Shown here one piece after another: positions 18,901 through 28,095 of a stretch of DNA of 64,000 nucleotides (position 1 is its first letter; the number at the start of each line of letters is the position of its first letter). This DNA comes from Oscillospiraceae bacterium (GTDB lineage: Bacteria; Bacillota; Clostridia; Oscillospirales; Oscillospiraceae), in contig WRAK01000007.1 of NCBI GenBank assembly GCA_009780235.1, positions 7,847 to 71,846 of the forward strand. The letters run 5' to 3'. The translations under genes and the position numbers were made by a program. The notes under the pieces are model-generated. The model was not told the origin of the DNA, made no database searches, and was given only the letters and a program-made list of their open reading frames with translations.

Positions 18901-19344
18901 GCCATGGATACGCCCGTGTTCTTCCACGGCCTTGCGCCCGGTGAGGTGACGCAGGTGGAGATTGCGGACGGGAAGACGCTGTTTATCAAGCTTGTTAGCG
19001 TCAGCGAGCCGGACGAAGATAATCTCTGCAACGTGGTGTTTGAACTCAACGGTATCCGTCGTGAGTTGTCTATACTTGACCGCTCCAAGGGCGGGGTGCA
19101 GAAAGCCGTGCCGATGGCCGATCCCGCCGACCCGCTGCAAATCGGGGCATCCATCAAAGGCATGGTGAGCCGCGTACACGTGAAACCGGGGGATGCGGTG
19201 ACGATAAATCAGGTGATTGCGGTGATTGAGGCGATGAAGATGGAGACCACGGTGATGAGCCGGGTGGATGGTGTGATTGGCGATGTGCTCGTACAGGTTG
19301 GGCAGCCGGTGAAAGCGGGGGAGTTGGTTGTGCGGATGGAGTAG
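15910..19344 (+). CDS. pyc: pyruvate carboxylase
   Basis: 1144 aa. Biotin carboxylase domain (KVLVANRGEIAIR), carboxyltransferase HxH (HFHTHDTSG), C-terminal biotinyl AMKME. The true start may be the ATG at 15919. Confidence 0.93.
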   Translation: MMDMVKKKIKKVLVANRGEIAIRVFRACTDLGITTVAIYSQEDAFNLFRTKADEAYLIGENQTPLGAYLDIDAIIHLAKSKNVDAIHPGYGFLSENADFARMCEKNGIIFIGPPSHILDKMGDKLNAKEIAKACKVPTIPGSEDPLSGAEEALRRAEEYGYPVILKAAAGGGGRGMRRVNNPEELKTAFPLVQSEAQKSFGRGDIFMEKYLVEPRHIEIQILADAYGNVYHLFERDCSLQRRYQKVVEIAPAVSLPQHVKEALYADAVTLAKHVDYVNAGTFEFLVDKDNRHYFIEVNPRVQVEHTITEVITGIDIVQTQIMVAQGYRFGDPEIDLPSQDAIQMRGVAIQCRVTTEDPKNNFAPDTGKITAYRSGGGNGIRLDAGNAYAGAEISPYYDSLLVKVTAYDRNYERATRKSIRAINELRIRGVKSNVQFLNNILSHPKFASGEFHATFIDDTPELYEFADSKDRATKLLSYIGNVVVNRRHGEKDPSSTPTAPASPAGEKPIGLKQLLDEKGPEGFRDYCLQSKKLLLADTTLRDAHQSLLATRVRTRDMAAIADYVSHAMSDLFAIEMWGGATFDVAYRFLHESPWARLELLREKIPNIPFMMLFRGANAVGYTNYPDNVVREFIRQAAKSGIDVFRVFDSLNWMPNVEVSIEEMLKQGKVAEGYICYTGDISDPSRDKYNLNYYVTLAKEMERRGVHVLGIKDMAGLCKPYAAEKLVSTLKQEVGLPIHFHTHDTSGNGVAAALKAAEAGVDIIDGAIASLSSITSQPSMNAIVTSLVGTERDTGISDERLLPISDYWNQVRKLYAAFEADLTSPATDIYKYEIPGGQYSNLKPQVENLGLGHRFQDVKEKYKEANDILGDIVKVTPSSKMVGDLAIFMVQNDLDAANIVEKGKSLAFPDSVVSYFEGMMGQPQGGFPEDLQKVVLKGKTPITCRPGELLDAVDFDKLKETVAPFCPDASLQELVSYCMYPKVFEDYKKFAAEFSDLTAMDTPVFFHGLAPGEVTQVEIADGKTLFIKLVSVSEPDEDNLCNVVFELNGIRRELSILDRSKGGVQKAVPMADPADPLQIGASIKGMVSRVHVKPGDAVTINQVIAVIEAMKMETTVMSRVDGVIGDVLVQVGQPVKAGELVVRME

Positions 19345-19466
19345 GATTATAGTGTATGAACCCGCCGTCCGTTTTTGTGGGCGGCGAGTCTGTTTTTATC
19401 GAGGCGGTTCTGTGTGGCCGCTCTTACGTTTTTGTTTGAGAATATGTTTGTTTACCTGCCGGCGGC

Positions 19467-19530
19467 GTTCTTTTGGTCTCGCCCAAAAGAACCAAAATGC
19501 GGCTAAAGAGAAACCAAGGTTTCTCTTTAG
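19467..19530. terminator. two adjacent hairpins between convergent pyc and yfhO
   Basis: GTTCTTTTGG/CCAAAAGAAC (19467-19492) and CTAAAGAGAAACC/GGTTTCTCTTTAG (19503-19530). The U-tracts are weak. Confidence 0.35.
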
Positions 19531-19551
19531 GAATCTCTTCCGGTTGAATTG

Positions 19552-22125
19552 CTACTCGTTTTTTGGGCGTGGTTTTGGAACCGTGCCCCTGTTACTATAC
19601 CGCTTCGCCCACCTTATCCCGTAAAACGCAAGAAATATTGTGAGAGAAGCCGCACTTATTATGGAACCCATGATAAAGCTCGTGTTCACATACCGAAACT
19701 CTACAATATGCTCGCCCACTTCCAAGAACACCCCTGTCATAGCATTGCCTATCAATACAACGTCCCTTTGCTCGCCGTTTACGAACACGCTCCAGTTGCC
19801 GACGTGGGGGATGGAGCTGTACAGCAGTCCGTATTCCGAGGCATTGACCCGACCTGTGATTCGGGTATCCGAGAAATGCGTGAGTTCAATCGCCTGATCG
19901 GCCCAAACGGCGTGGGCTTCGGCGAACAGTTCACGGTTAATCAGCCCGAAGTCAATGTACCTGTCGCCCGGTGCGGGGAAGGTTATCTCTAAAATGATGG
20001 TTTCTCCTGCTGCAAAAGCCCCCGCATGTGCAATGTAGGGAATACTACTAGTTGGTGCCCAGCCCATGTGACCTAAGGTGCTGGTGATATAAGTCAAAGG
20101 CCTGTCATCTGCGGACATGAAGATGTTATATGCGCCCGGGGCGTGGAAGAACAAGTCTCCGTCCTCCGGCATGGTGTAATAGAATCGGAATATGCCGTCC
20201 GCGGAATGGGCGTGTGTAGTGTATATGTTGAATAAGTCTTCCTCCATGCCGGAGGCCTGACGGAAGAATCTGTTTTGGGAATCCAACTGCGTTTGTATAT
20301 TCGGTTCCCAAGTTGCCAATTGTTCATTTACCATAAATGCAATCGGCAAGTCGTAGCGGTTCCGAAGCAGCACGGTAATCCCCTCTTGATATACTCTCTC
20401 CCAAAAATGTCCTTGGCCTGCGGGGTTGTCTGTTCTCTCTACCAAGTAGCGAACGCTTAAAAAGGTATTGGTGAGCGGGGAGGTTTCAAAATATTGATAC
20501 TGGTTCAGCTCCCGTATTCCGGCTAAGCCGAGAGACAGCATGAAATTTGTTACATCTGCATGGGCTTGGGAAGAAAATATGGAGAGGCGATGTAAATGAC
20601 CGGCACTAGCGTACAAGAGTGTCCCGTTGGCTCCCGCTCTGGTGAATTCTGTTCGGAAGAAGTCATTCTCTCCGATATCACGTTCGGCGAGGACGGCGAT
20701 TACTTGGTCATAATGGAATGTTTCGGATCTGGGTTCTGTGCCTTGGTTTCTTACAGCTAGATAGGATGTGAAGGATAGTTCGATTACCACAATCAAAAGT
20801 AAGGTGCATTTCAGAATACGGATCAAGCGAGTTCCCGTGCGGACTATTTTTTTACTCTGCGCCCATATGGCAAACAGAACCAAATAGGCAGCGGCCAATA
20901 GGATATTCCATAGGAGATATGCCGTGTTTTGTTCCCCCAAGCGAGCGAGTGCGAAAAACACGAGCAAAAACGCTGCGGCGGCAATCAGATGCAGGCGTTT
21001 CAGATCTTCTTCGAGCGATACATAGGTTCTGTATGCAATCCAAACGAGTACAAAGGAGACAAGGAAAGAAAAACGGGGTGCGAATCCGACCGGATTGACG
21101 AATCCGTGCCAGATAAAGGTGAGCACATTTACGTTTGTGCTGATTACTAAGAAGAGTAAAAGGGATGTCAGGCCAATCTTTTCTCGGCGCGATATCTTCT
21201 TTGATACAAGAAACATCGGCAGGAGTACGATGCTAATCATGCCGCTGTATATATTTGGCGAACCGAATGTAATGGACGGAGGACGAAAGGCCAGAAAATC
21301 TGCAATCAGATTTAAAAAAGGGTCATAGAATGCGATGTTTCTCGGGAATGGTGCTCCTGTTCTGGGTGCGGCCATGACAGATGCGGCTGTAGGCAAGGTT
21401 ACAAATGCAGTCAAGCCGATTGCGATAAGCGTACAAATGCCGATTGCGATAAATTTTTTCAAAGATTCTCTTATGGCGCACTTTTCAATAAAACATGCAA
21501 CAAAAAAGTATGCCGCTACAAACAAAGAGGTGTGGAAGGCGGTTATGGAATTGAATATGACAGCCAAGGCAAGTGCGATGATGTAGGTTGCGTATTTGCT
21601 TTCTCGAATCAGCTTATGTGTGCCGAGCATCACAAGCGGTGTCATGGCGAAAGTATCGAAGAACATGATGTTGGAATAAAAGCCAAGTGTATAAGCGCAG
21701 AGTGCGAAACAGGTTGCAAATATCGGAATCAGTATATCTTGTCTGTTCGTGACATACTTTAAATACATCGCCATGAAAAGACCGGCTGTGCCTACTTTTA
21801 GCAGGAAGAAAAGGTGCAACAGCTCTAGCAGCATGGAACTTGGAAAAAGTGTGGCAATCGGATTGAGGGGACTTGCTAAATTCAGTCCTATTTTTGACAT
21901 GTAATCGATACCGCCGCCCGCGGACCAAGACCAAAGGAGGGAAGATGCGTCTCTCAGTCTGTATACGTATTCGTTAATAAAAGGGTAGTATGTGTGGGTG
22001 AAATCTATATGTAGTGCTTGCCTGTCTCCGAAAGGGGAGGTTCCGTTTAACGCAAAGGCGAAGCCTAAAATGAGTGCCGGGAGCAGGAAAGACAATGTAT
22101 ATATGTATACTTTACTGTTCTTCAT
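19552..22125 (-). CDS. YfhO family membrane protein (putative glycosyltransferase)
   Basis: About 857 aa, polytopic. ATG at 22125 sits 8 nt after GGGAGG. The N-terminal pattern FGDRQALHIDFTHTYYPFINEY is typical of YfhO. Confidence 0.75.
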   Translation of the reverse strand: MKNSKVYIYTLSFLLPALILGFAFALNGTSPFGDRQALHIDFTHTYYPFINEYVYRLRDASSLLWSWSAGGGIDYMSKIGLNLASPLNPIATLFPSSMLLELLHLFFLLKVGTAGLFMAMYLKYVTNRQDILIPIFATCFALCAYTLGFYSNIMFFDTFAMTPLVMLGTHKLIRESKYATYIIALALAVIFNSITAFHTSLFVAAYFFVACFIEKCAIRESLKKFIAIGICTLIAIGLTAFVTLPTAASVMAAPRTGAPFPRNIAFYDPFLNLIADFLAFRPPSITFGSPNIYSGMISIVLLPMFLVSKKISRREKIGLTSLLLFLVISTNVNVLTFIWHGFVNPVGFAPRFSFLVSFVLVWIAYRTYVSLEEDLKRLHLIAAAAFLLVFFALARLGEQNTAYLLWNILLAAAYLVLFAIWAQSKKIVRTGTRLIRILKCTLLLIVVIELSFTSYLAVRNQGTEPRSETFHYDQVIAVLAERDIGENDFFRTEFTRAGANGTLLYASAGHLHRLSIFSSQAHADVTNFMLSLGLAGIRELNQYQYFETSPLTNTFLSVRYLVERTDNPAGQGHFWERVYQEGITVLLRNRYDLPIAFMVNEQLATWEPNIQTQLDSQNRFFRQASGMEEDLFNIYTTHAHSADGIFRFYYTMPEDGDLFFHAPGAYNIFMSADDRPLTYITSTLGHMGWAPTSSIPYIAHAGAFAAGETIILEITFPAPGDRYIDFGLINRELFAEAHAVWADQAIELTHFSDTRITGRVNASEYGLLYSSIPHVGNWSVFVNGEQRDVVLIGNAMTGVFLEVGEHIVEFRYVNTSFIMGSIISAASLTIFLAFYGIRWAKRYSNRGTVPKPRPKNE

Positions 22126-22311
22126 TTTACAACCTCCCTGCATTGATTCTGACTTGCCTATATGTTACTGCATCCTTAGGGGAATAGCAAGCATTTTTAT
22201 TGACAAGTCACTCTGTTATATGTCATCATCATAAACATACACAAAACTTTCCGCACCCACGCAACCGATCCCCTCAATTTTCTGTCTATATTCACATAGA
22301 GGTGTTAACAC

Positions 22312-22872
22312 ATGGAAGACCACAGTATCCTGGATTTATTTTTCGCACGCCAAGAATCGGCCATCGCCGAGACGAAGCGTAAATACGGCGGGCGGCTCTA
22401 CCGCACGGCAATGCACATTCTGTACTGTAACGAAGATGCGGAGGAGTGCGTCAGCGACGCTTTGCTCAAAGCCTGGGATGCGATTCCGCCCACTCGGCCC
22501 GAAAAATTCGGTGCGTTTCTGGCGAAGATTACACGAAACCTTTCCATCAACCGATGGGAGGCCAAAAGCGCGGAAAAGCGAGGTGGCGGTGAGATGGATT
22601 TGCTTTTGAGCGAATTAGAAGACTGTATCCCCGCATCCGACGGGCCGGAAGATGCGTTTGAGGCGACCGTTGTGACGGATGCGATTAACGTTTTTTTGGA
22701 GACCTTGGAGCAGTCGGCACGGGTCGCATTTGTCCTGCGCTATTTCCACGGCGAACCGATTCGAGACATCGCCGAGCGGTTTCAGATGAGCGAGAGCAAG
22801 GTCAAATCTATGTTATTTCGAATACGAAAGAAGTTGCTTGTACATTTAGAGAAGGAAGGTGTCATAGTATGA
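22312..22872 (+). CDS. ECF-type RNA polymerase sigma factor
   Basis: Region 2 (DAEECVSDALLKAW) and region 4 HTH (PIRDIAERFQMSESKVKSMLFRIRKKL). Confidence 0.85.
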   Translation: MEDHSILDLFFARQESAIAETKRKYGGRLYRTAMHILYCNEDAEECVSDALLKAWDAIPPTRPEKFGAFLAKITRNLSINRWEAKSAEKRGGGEMDLLLSELEDCIPASDGPEDAFEATVVTDAINVFLETLEQSARVAFVLRYFHGEPIRDIAERFQMSESKVKSMLFRIRKKLLVHLEKEGVIV

Positions 22873-23117
22873 ATATGAATCAAATTGACAAAGCAAAGAG
22901 GCTCTTTATCTGTTTCGGTGAGATTGCGGATGGCTTCTTGGAGGAAGCCGAGGCAACGGACATTGCGACTGCCCGTGCGGCACGGAAGCGAGTGGTGCGC
23001 AACAGCGCGATTGGAGCGGGCGCGGGAGCAGTCGGCGTTGCCGGGATTGTGGCTACGTGTTTGCTCTTGCGGTCGAGACGGGGCAGGCGTGTGACCATGT
23101 CCGTGGAAGTCGCCTAG
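22869..23117 (+). CDS. putative anti-sigma factor / small membrane protein
   Basis: ATGA overlap with the sigma gene. Single C-terminal TM helix. Confidence 0.5.
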   Translation: MNMNQIDKAKRLFICFGEIADGFLEEAEATDIATARAARKRVVRNSAIGAGAGAVGVAGIVATCLLLRSRRGRRVTMSVEVA

Positions 23118-23143
23118 TTTATTTGGAAAAAGGAGAATGTATC

Positions 23144-24022
23144 ATGTGCGCCAACTACAAAATCGTTGTAGATTCTACGACAGACTTGCCGCCGTATCTG
23201 GCTGAGGAATGGGGGCTTACGGTCATCCCTTTCCTCTTCACCTTGGACGGCGCGGATTATTATAACCACTTAGACCATCATGAACTGTCGCTGAAGGATT
23301 TTTACAATGCGCTGCGGGACGGCAAAACGGGTTCGACCACACAGGTAAACACCTTTCGTTACATAGAGACGTGGGAGCCGGTTTTGCAGGCGGGGCAGGA
23401 CATTTTGTACCTGTGTCTCTCCTCGGCATTGAGCAAAAGCTATGACCAGAGCCTCTTGGCCGTTGCAGAACTGAAAGAAAAATACCCGGAGCGTCAGATT
23501 ATTTCCATTGACTCTCGTTCCGCTTCTTTGGGACAGGGTGCGTTGGCGTACTATGCCGTACAGGGCCGGGATGCGGGCAAGAATCTCGCAGAAAATGCCG
23601 CTTATTTGGAGGATATGATTCCCCGTTTCCAAGTTTGGATTATGGCGGACGACTTGCACCATCTGCGGCGCGGCGGACGTGTTTCGGGTGCGCAGGCGTT
23701 TTTGGGGACAATGTTGGGTGTGAAGCCGATTTTGACGATTTTTGAAGATGGACGGATTGGCCCCGTACACAAGGTCAGAGGCAGGCTTAACGCTCTGGAC
23801 TACTTCTTGGAGCGCATGGAGGCGCAGGGCGTAGATCCCACAGGGCAACTCATCGGCATCGCCCACAGCGATGTGCCGGAGATGGCTGAGCAGCTCAGGG
23901 AGATGCTTACGGCGAAGTATGGGGCTGTGGAGTTCTTAGTAAACGATATCGGTCCGGTCATCGGAATGCACACAGGGCCGGGGACGGTCGGGATGATGTT
24001 TTTGGGGGATGTACGGGAATAG
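23144..24022 (+). CDS. DegV family fatty-acid-binding protein
   Basis: ATG at 23144 after AAAGGAGA. IVVDSTTDLP start and GPVIGMHTGPGTVG end are DegV hallmarks. Confidence 0.88.
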   Translation: MCANYKIVVDSTTDLPPYLAEEWGLTVIPFLFTLDGADYYNHLDHHELSLKDFYNALRDGKTGSTTQVNTFRYIETWEPVLQAGQDILYLCLSSALSKSYDQSLLAVAELKEKYPERQIISIDSRSASLGQGALAYYAVQGRDAGKNLAENAAYLEDMIPRFQVWIMADDLHHLRRGGRVSGAQAFLGTMLGVKPILTIFEDGRIGPVHKVRGRLNALDYFLERMEAQGVDPTGQLIGIAHSDVPEMAEQLREMLTAKYGAVEFLVNDIGPVIGMHTGPGTVGMMFLGDVRE

Positions 24023-24164
24023 GGGTATTTGAATATGCGGGCAGCAGGGGCGAGTTTTCTTGTCTCTGCTGTTTATTTGTGATATGCTTGGGGAATCAGC
24101 GGGAACTTTTTCGGGAGAAATTCGTCTAATCAAACATATACATCTGAAAGCGAGGGTCATAGGG

Positions 24165-25619
24165 ATGAAAAAGATTGTCATGCTAGTACTGGTCGTACTC
24201 CTGCTCGTGCCGGGATTTGCCGCTTGCACGGATCGGGGCGATGACGCGGCGGCCTACAGGGAACTGGAACAAGCTTTTCGGCACATGGATGCTGCCACCG
24301 TCAATCACGAGGTGGAGGTTGATTTTCTGACTGCGAGCAGCGACGTTATCCGTTTCAGCGAGAGAGGCACGATGGCGGTGGAGTTGGGTGAGATGCAAAT
24401 CGTCACCACCTATTACGACGAAGACGGCAGTCCGATTTTTGACACCGAATTTATTTTGGCGGATGGCAGGAGCTACGTGGGTATTGTGAGAACACTTGAC
24501 CGTCAGTTGGAAATGATGGCAGATGAGTTCGGCGTGACTGCTCCATCGGCCGCAGAGGTGCTGGGGGATTATACGCATGTACAGGTGCCGGATGGCGAGC
24601 TCGAAGACATGTTCGAAGACGCCGCAGGTTTTGCCGATACGTTTGCAGAGGCGGACTTGTCGGACTTCTTGACACGGGACGGGGACAGGTTTGTCATTGC
24701 TGTGAAAGGGGAATCGGTGGCGGCGCATATCGACGGTGTGGTGGGCGAGATTGGGTTGCAAACGCTCTTTGCCACGGCCGCCGTACTTGAACTTTCTCCG
24801 GCGGTATTGGATGCCATCTTCGATTTCCCCGGCTGGCTGCACGATTCTGATTTTTCAGAGGCCGCGCTGACGATTACGCGGTCTCAGACAGCGGACACGC
24901 CCCGCACGTTCTATCGGAGCATCGCGCTTTACATCCCGGGTCGAGTTAACATAACATCGGAGGCCGCGTTTGTTGTTGAGGATGTGCCGCTTGTTCTTTC
25001 GCCGGCGCATGTGTTGTCGAATGAGGATTTTGAAGAGCGCATGATGGGTGTGATGATGGAGCTTATGATGGGCGACACACGCGGGCGCGTGCCGGAAGAC
25101 CTTGAAATTGTTCGCGACCTTGAGGGCGTGAGTTTGCTGGGGCATGACCTCGCCGGAAGCAGATTTTTTAACTGGCGTTTGATTATGAATCCCGCCGGGC
25201 ATGTGATGGTTACCGTGATGGGGGGCGAAATTATTGAGACCGGGTTGAGCCAATCGGAGTCGGAGGCGATTGTTTTCTTCTACTCTATTATGATGCCGCC
25301 CGGCAATGCGGTTGACGGGCTTCTTCCCGTTGAGCCGTTTACGGGAACTTTGCCTGTATATGGCGAATTCACGGCAGGCAGTCCTCTGTGGACGGACGAG
25401 GATGACAGCGTGGCGGTTTGGGCGATGGGAACCGCGCATCGCGATGTGCGGGAGCTTACCATTTTTATGGTAGAAGAAGTGCCGGATGAAGACATTCGGG
25501 TGGCCTTGACGATTCATCTGTACTTGAGCCTATTTGAAGCCGATGATTACCTCATCCTCGCCGAACTCGGCGAGCATATCGGGATTGACTTTGCGGCGTA
25601 TATTGATATGTTGTTTTAG
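24165..25619 (+). CDS. lipoprotein of unknown function
   Basis: MKKIVMLVLVVLLLVPGFAAC signal peptide with a lipobox-like Cys. Confidence 0.55.
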   Translation: MKKIVMLVLVVLLLVPGFAACTDRGDDAAAYRELEQAFRHMDAATVNHEVEVDFLTASSDVIRFSERGTMAVELGEMQIVTTYYDEDGSPIFDTEFILADGRSYVGIVRTLDRQLEMMADEFGVTAPSAAEVLGDYTHVQVPDGELEDMFEDAAGFADTFAEADLSDFLTRDGDRFVIAVKGESVAAHIDGVVGEIGLQTLFATAAVLELSPAVLDAIFDFPGWLHDSDFSEAALTITRSQTADTPRTFYRSIALYIPGRVNITSEAAFVVEDVPLVLSPAHVLSNEDFEERMMGVMMELMMGDTRGRVPEDLEIVRDLEGVSLLGHDLAGSRFFNWRLIMNPAGHVMVTVMGGEIIETGLSQSESEAIVFFYSIMMPPGNAVDGLLPVEPFTGTLPVYGEFTAGSPLWTDEDDSVAVWAMGTAHRDVRELTIFMVEEVPDEDIRVALTIHLYLSLFEADDYLILAELGEHIGIDFAAYIDMLF

Positions 25620-25641
25620 AAATTTGTAAAATACTTCATCG

Positions 25642-25672
25642 GCGGGGACAAAATAGCTTGTCCCCGCTTTCT
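25642..25672 (+). terminator. rho-independent terminator
   Basis: GCGGGGACAA-AATAGC-TTGTCCCCGC followed by TTTCT. Confidence 0.6.
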
Positions 25673-25741
25673 ATATGTGTTATACTATTCACATTACGTC
25701 CACTACATATTGATTTAAGGTAGAAAGGGAGGCGGGAAACG

Positions 25742-26197
25742 ATGAAGTGTTTGTTTTGTGCTTTCGCTGAGAGCAAGGTAATCGACTCCAGACCGGCGGA
25801 GGAGGGGGCCACAATTCGGCGGCGGCGGGAGTGTCTGAGTTGCCAGAAACGGTTCACCACCTATGAAACGATGGAGCGGCTGCCGCTGCTCGTTATCAAA
25901 CGAAACGGTACCCGTCAGCCCTTTGACAAGGTGAAGTTGGTAGAGGGTCTCATCCGTGCCTGTGAGAAGCGTCCCGTGGCTTTGGGCGACTTGGAGGCGA
26001 TTGCCTCGGACATCGAGCAGGAGCTGCAAAACCGCATGGAGCGGGAAATCTCTGCCGTTGAAATCGGGGAGATGATTATGGACAAGCTTCGGGAACTCGA
26101 CGAAGTGGCCTACGTCCGCTTTGCGTCGGTGTATCGGCAGTTTAAAGATATCAGTACATTCCGGGATGAAGTGAACAAGTTGCTGACGGAGCAGTAG
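25742..26197 (+). CDS. nrdR: transcriptional repressor NrdR
   Basis: [17 protein letters not shown]...[12 protein letters not shown] zinc ribbon plus ATP-cone. Confidence 0.93.
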   Translation: MKCLFCAFAESKVIDSRPAEEGATIRRRRECLSCQKRFTTYETMERLPLLVIKRNGTRQPFDKVKLVEGLIRACEKRPVALGDLEAIASDIEQELQNRMEREISAVEIGEMIMDKLRELDEVAYVRFASVYRQFKDISTFRDEVNKLLTEQ

Positions 26198-26209
26198 GAT
26201 TTGATTGGG

Positions 26210-26277
26210 GCGGACGGCCAATGGCCGCCCCTACAAAAATCAATATGCCCCTGTAGGGGCGGCCATTGGCCGTCCGC
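26210..26277. repeat. inverted pair of GCGGACGGCCAATGGCCGCCCCTAC repeats (probable bidirectional terminator)
   Basis: Copies at 26210-26234 and 26253-26277 are reverse complements separated by 18 nt, between convergent nrdR and the DUF421 gene. Confidence 0.8.
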
Positions 26278-26286
26278 AGGGCTTCT

Positions 26287-26967
26287 CTACGCCCTCGCTG
26301 CGAAATACACATTCCGATTCTCATCCACAGACAGCAAAAACACCTGATTGGGGTCTTTCAGGCCTCGGTGTTCGAGTTCTTTCATCAGCCAGCGGCGGTC
26401 TAAGCCGATGTGGGTCAGGTTTTTGTCCAGTACCCGGCCATCGTGGATGAGGAGTACGGGGAGACCGTTGTCGTTGCCTGTGAGTTGCAGGGCCTCATGT
26501 GTGGCCGGGGTGTGGGCGGTGTAGGGCAGGACGCTTAGGGAGCCGCCGACTTCCAGCACGGCGTATTTGATGGTGCTGATGTCCGTGTGGCCTTGGATGC
26601 GGAGGGCTTCCGTCAGCTCTGTGATGGTGAGGCGGTTTTTTCGCATTTCCCTCTGGTTGATTTGACCGTTTTGTACCATGATACTGGGTTTGCCGATGAG
26701 AATCGAGCGGAAGCGGATGCTTTTCATGGAAAAGTATGCGATGCTGAATTGCGCAACCAGTAGTGTCGCAACGGGGATAATGCCGTGCAACAACCTGCTA
26801 TGCTCCGGGGTTACGATGGGGGAGACGGCGAGTTCTGCGAGCATGATAGCCACGACCAAATCGCCCAGCTCGAGCTGGCCCAGTTGCCGCTTGCCCAAGA
26901 TGCGCATGGTGATGAGCATGATGGTGAACATGACCAGCGTGCGGTATGCGAGGGTTAGGAATAGCAT
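26287..26967 (-). CDS. DUF421 (YetF-like) membrane protein
   Basis: MRILGKRQLGQLELGDLVVAIMLAE N-terminal pattern, 226 aa. Confidence 0.75.
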   Translation of the reverse strand: MLFLTLAYRTLVMFTIMLITMRILGKRQLGQLELGDLVVAIMLAELAVSPIVTPEHSRLLHGIIPVATLLVAQFSIAYFSMKSIRFRSILIGKPSIMVQNGQINQREMRKNRLTITELTEALRIQGHTDISTIKYAVLEVGGSLSVLPYTAHTPATHEALQLTGNDNGLPVLLIHDGRVLDKNLTHIGLDRRWLMKELEHRGLKDPNQVFLLSVDENRNVYFAARA

Positions 26968-27059
26968 GGAAAACCTCCGGGTTTTCTATATTTAATAATT
27001 AAGAATTAATATGCAGAATTATTTTGATTTTATTTTTCCCGTTTTAGGAGGAAATTAGT

Positions 27060-28031
27060 ATGGCAGGGATGAGAGAAAAGCGTGATATGTCTGCGTTTGC
27101 GGCGGAGTCGATTGCGGAAATTCGGGCGAAGGTTGGGGGAAAGAAAGTTTTGTGTGCCCTGTCGGGCGGGGTGGACAGTAGTGTTTGCGCGCTTTTGGTG
27201 CACAAAGCGGTGGGACAGCAGCTCACGAGCATTTTTGTGGATACGGGGCTGATGCGCAAGGGTGAAGGGGACGAAGTTGAGCGGGTGTTCAAGGAGCAAT
27301 ACGGGATGAATTTCATCCGTGTGAATGCGGAGGAGCGATTCCTCGGTAAACTTGCGGGCGTGACCGATCCGGAGCAAAAGCGGAAGATTATTGGCGAGGA
27401 ATTTATCCGTGTGTTCGAGGAAGAGGCCAAGAAAATCGGGGCGGTGGATTTTCTGGTGCAGGGGACGATTTATCCCGATATCATCGAGAGCGGCACGGAC
27501 AAGAACAAGCTGATTAAGAGCCATCACAACGTGGGCGGCCTGCCGGATGTGATTGAGTTTGAGGAGATTTTGGAGCCTGTGCGGCTTTTGTACAAAGACG
27601 AAGTGCGTGAGGTGGGACGGTCTATGGGGATGCCCGGTTTCCTCGTGGACAGGCAGCCGTTTCCCGGTCCGGGGCTTGCGGTGCGGGTGATTGGAGAGAT
27701 TACGAAAGGGAAGCTGGATATTTTGCGGGAGACGGATTATATCTTCCGTGACGAGGTCGCCAAAGCGGGTCTGGCGGGGGAAATTTGGCAGTATTTTACC
27801 GTGCTTACCGGTCTGCGTAGTGTCGGTGTGAAGAACGGCGCGCGGGCGTATGGGTATGTCATTGCCCTCCGTGCCGTGACGAGCGAGGATGCGATGACGG
27901 CGGATTGGTTTGAGATTCCGTATCCCGTGTTGCGGGGGATTTCTGAGCGGATTTCGGGTGAGGTCGCTGAGGTTACGCGGGTGGTGTATGATGTGAGCGG
28001 GAAGCCGCCGAGTACGATTGAGTGGGAGTGA
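27060..28031 (+). CDS. guaA: GMP synthase, ATP-pyrophosphatase/dimerisation part only (no glutamine amidotransferase domain)
   Basis: PP-loop LSGGVDSSV. Canonical C-terminus [16 protein letters not shown] preceded by AGGAGG, only 323 aa. Confidence 0.85.
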   Translation: MAGMREKRDMSAFAAESIAEIRAKVGGKKVLCALSGGVDSSVCALLVHKAVGQQLTSIFVDTGLMRKGEGDEVERVFKEQYGMNFIRVNAEERFLGKLAGVTDPEQKRKIIGEEFIRVFEEEAKKIGAVDFLVQGTIYPDIIESGTDKNKLIKSHHNVGGLPDVIEFEEILEPVRLLYKDEVREVGRSMGMPGFLVDRQPFPGPGLAVRVIGEITKGKLDILRETDYIFRDEVAKAGLAGEIWQYFTVLTGLRSVGVKNGARAYGYVIALRAVTSEDAMTADWFEIPYPVLRGISERISGEVAEVTRVVYDVSGKPPSTIEWE

Positions 28032-28042
28032 CGATGCAAATA

Positions 28043-28086
28043 GCGGGGAGCCTTGAAAATACAAGGTTCCCCGCTTTGTTTTTTGC
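28043..28086 (+). terminator. rho-independent terminator of guaA
   Basis: GCGGGGAGCCTTG...AAGGTTCCCCGC followed by TTTGTTTTTTG. Confidence 0.8.
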
Positions 28087-28095
28087 CCCGTGGCA

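Noticed and set aside
5867-26277. CRISPR array formed by the palindromic repeats.
   Set aside because: Copies are kilobases apart, in both orientations, intergenic and without regular spacers. No cas genes are present.
26968-27059. Purine riboswitch upstream of guaA.
   Set aside because: The region is about 90 nt of AT-rich sequence. It lacks the conserved three-way junction sequence elements.
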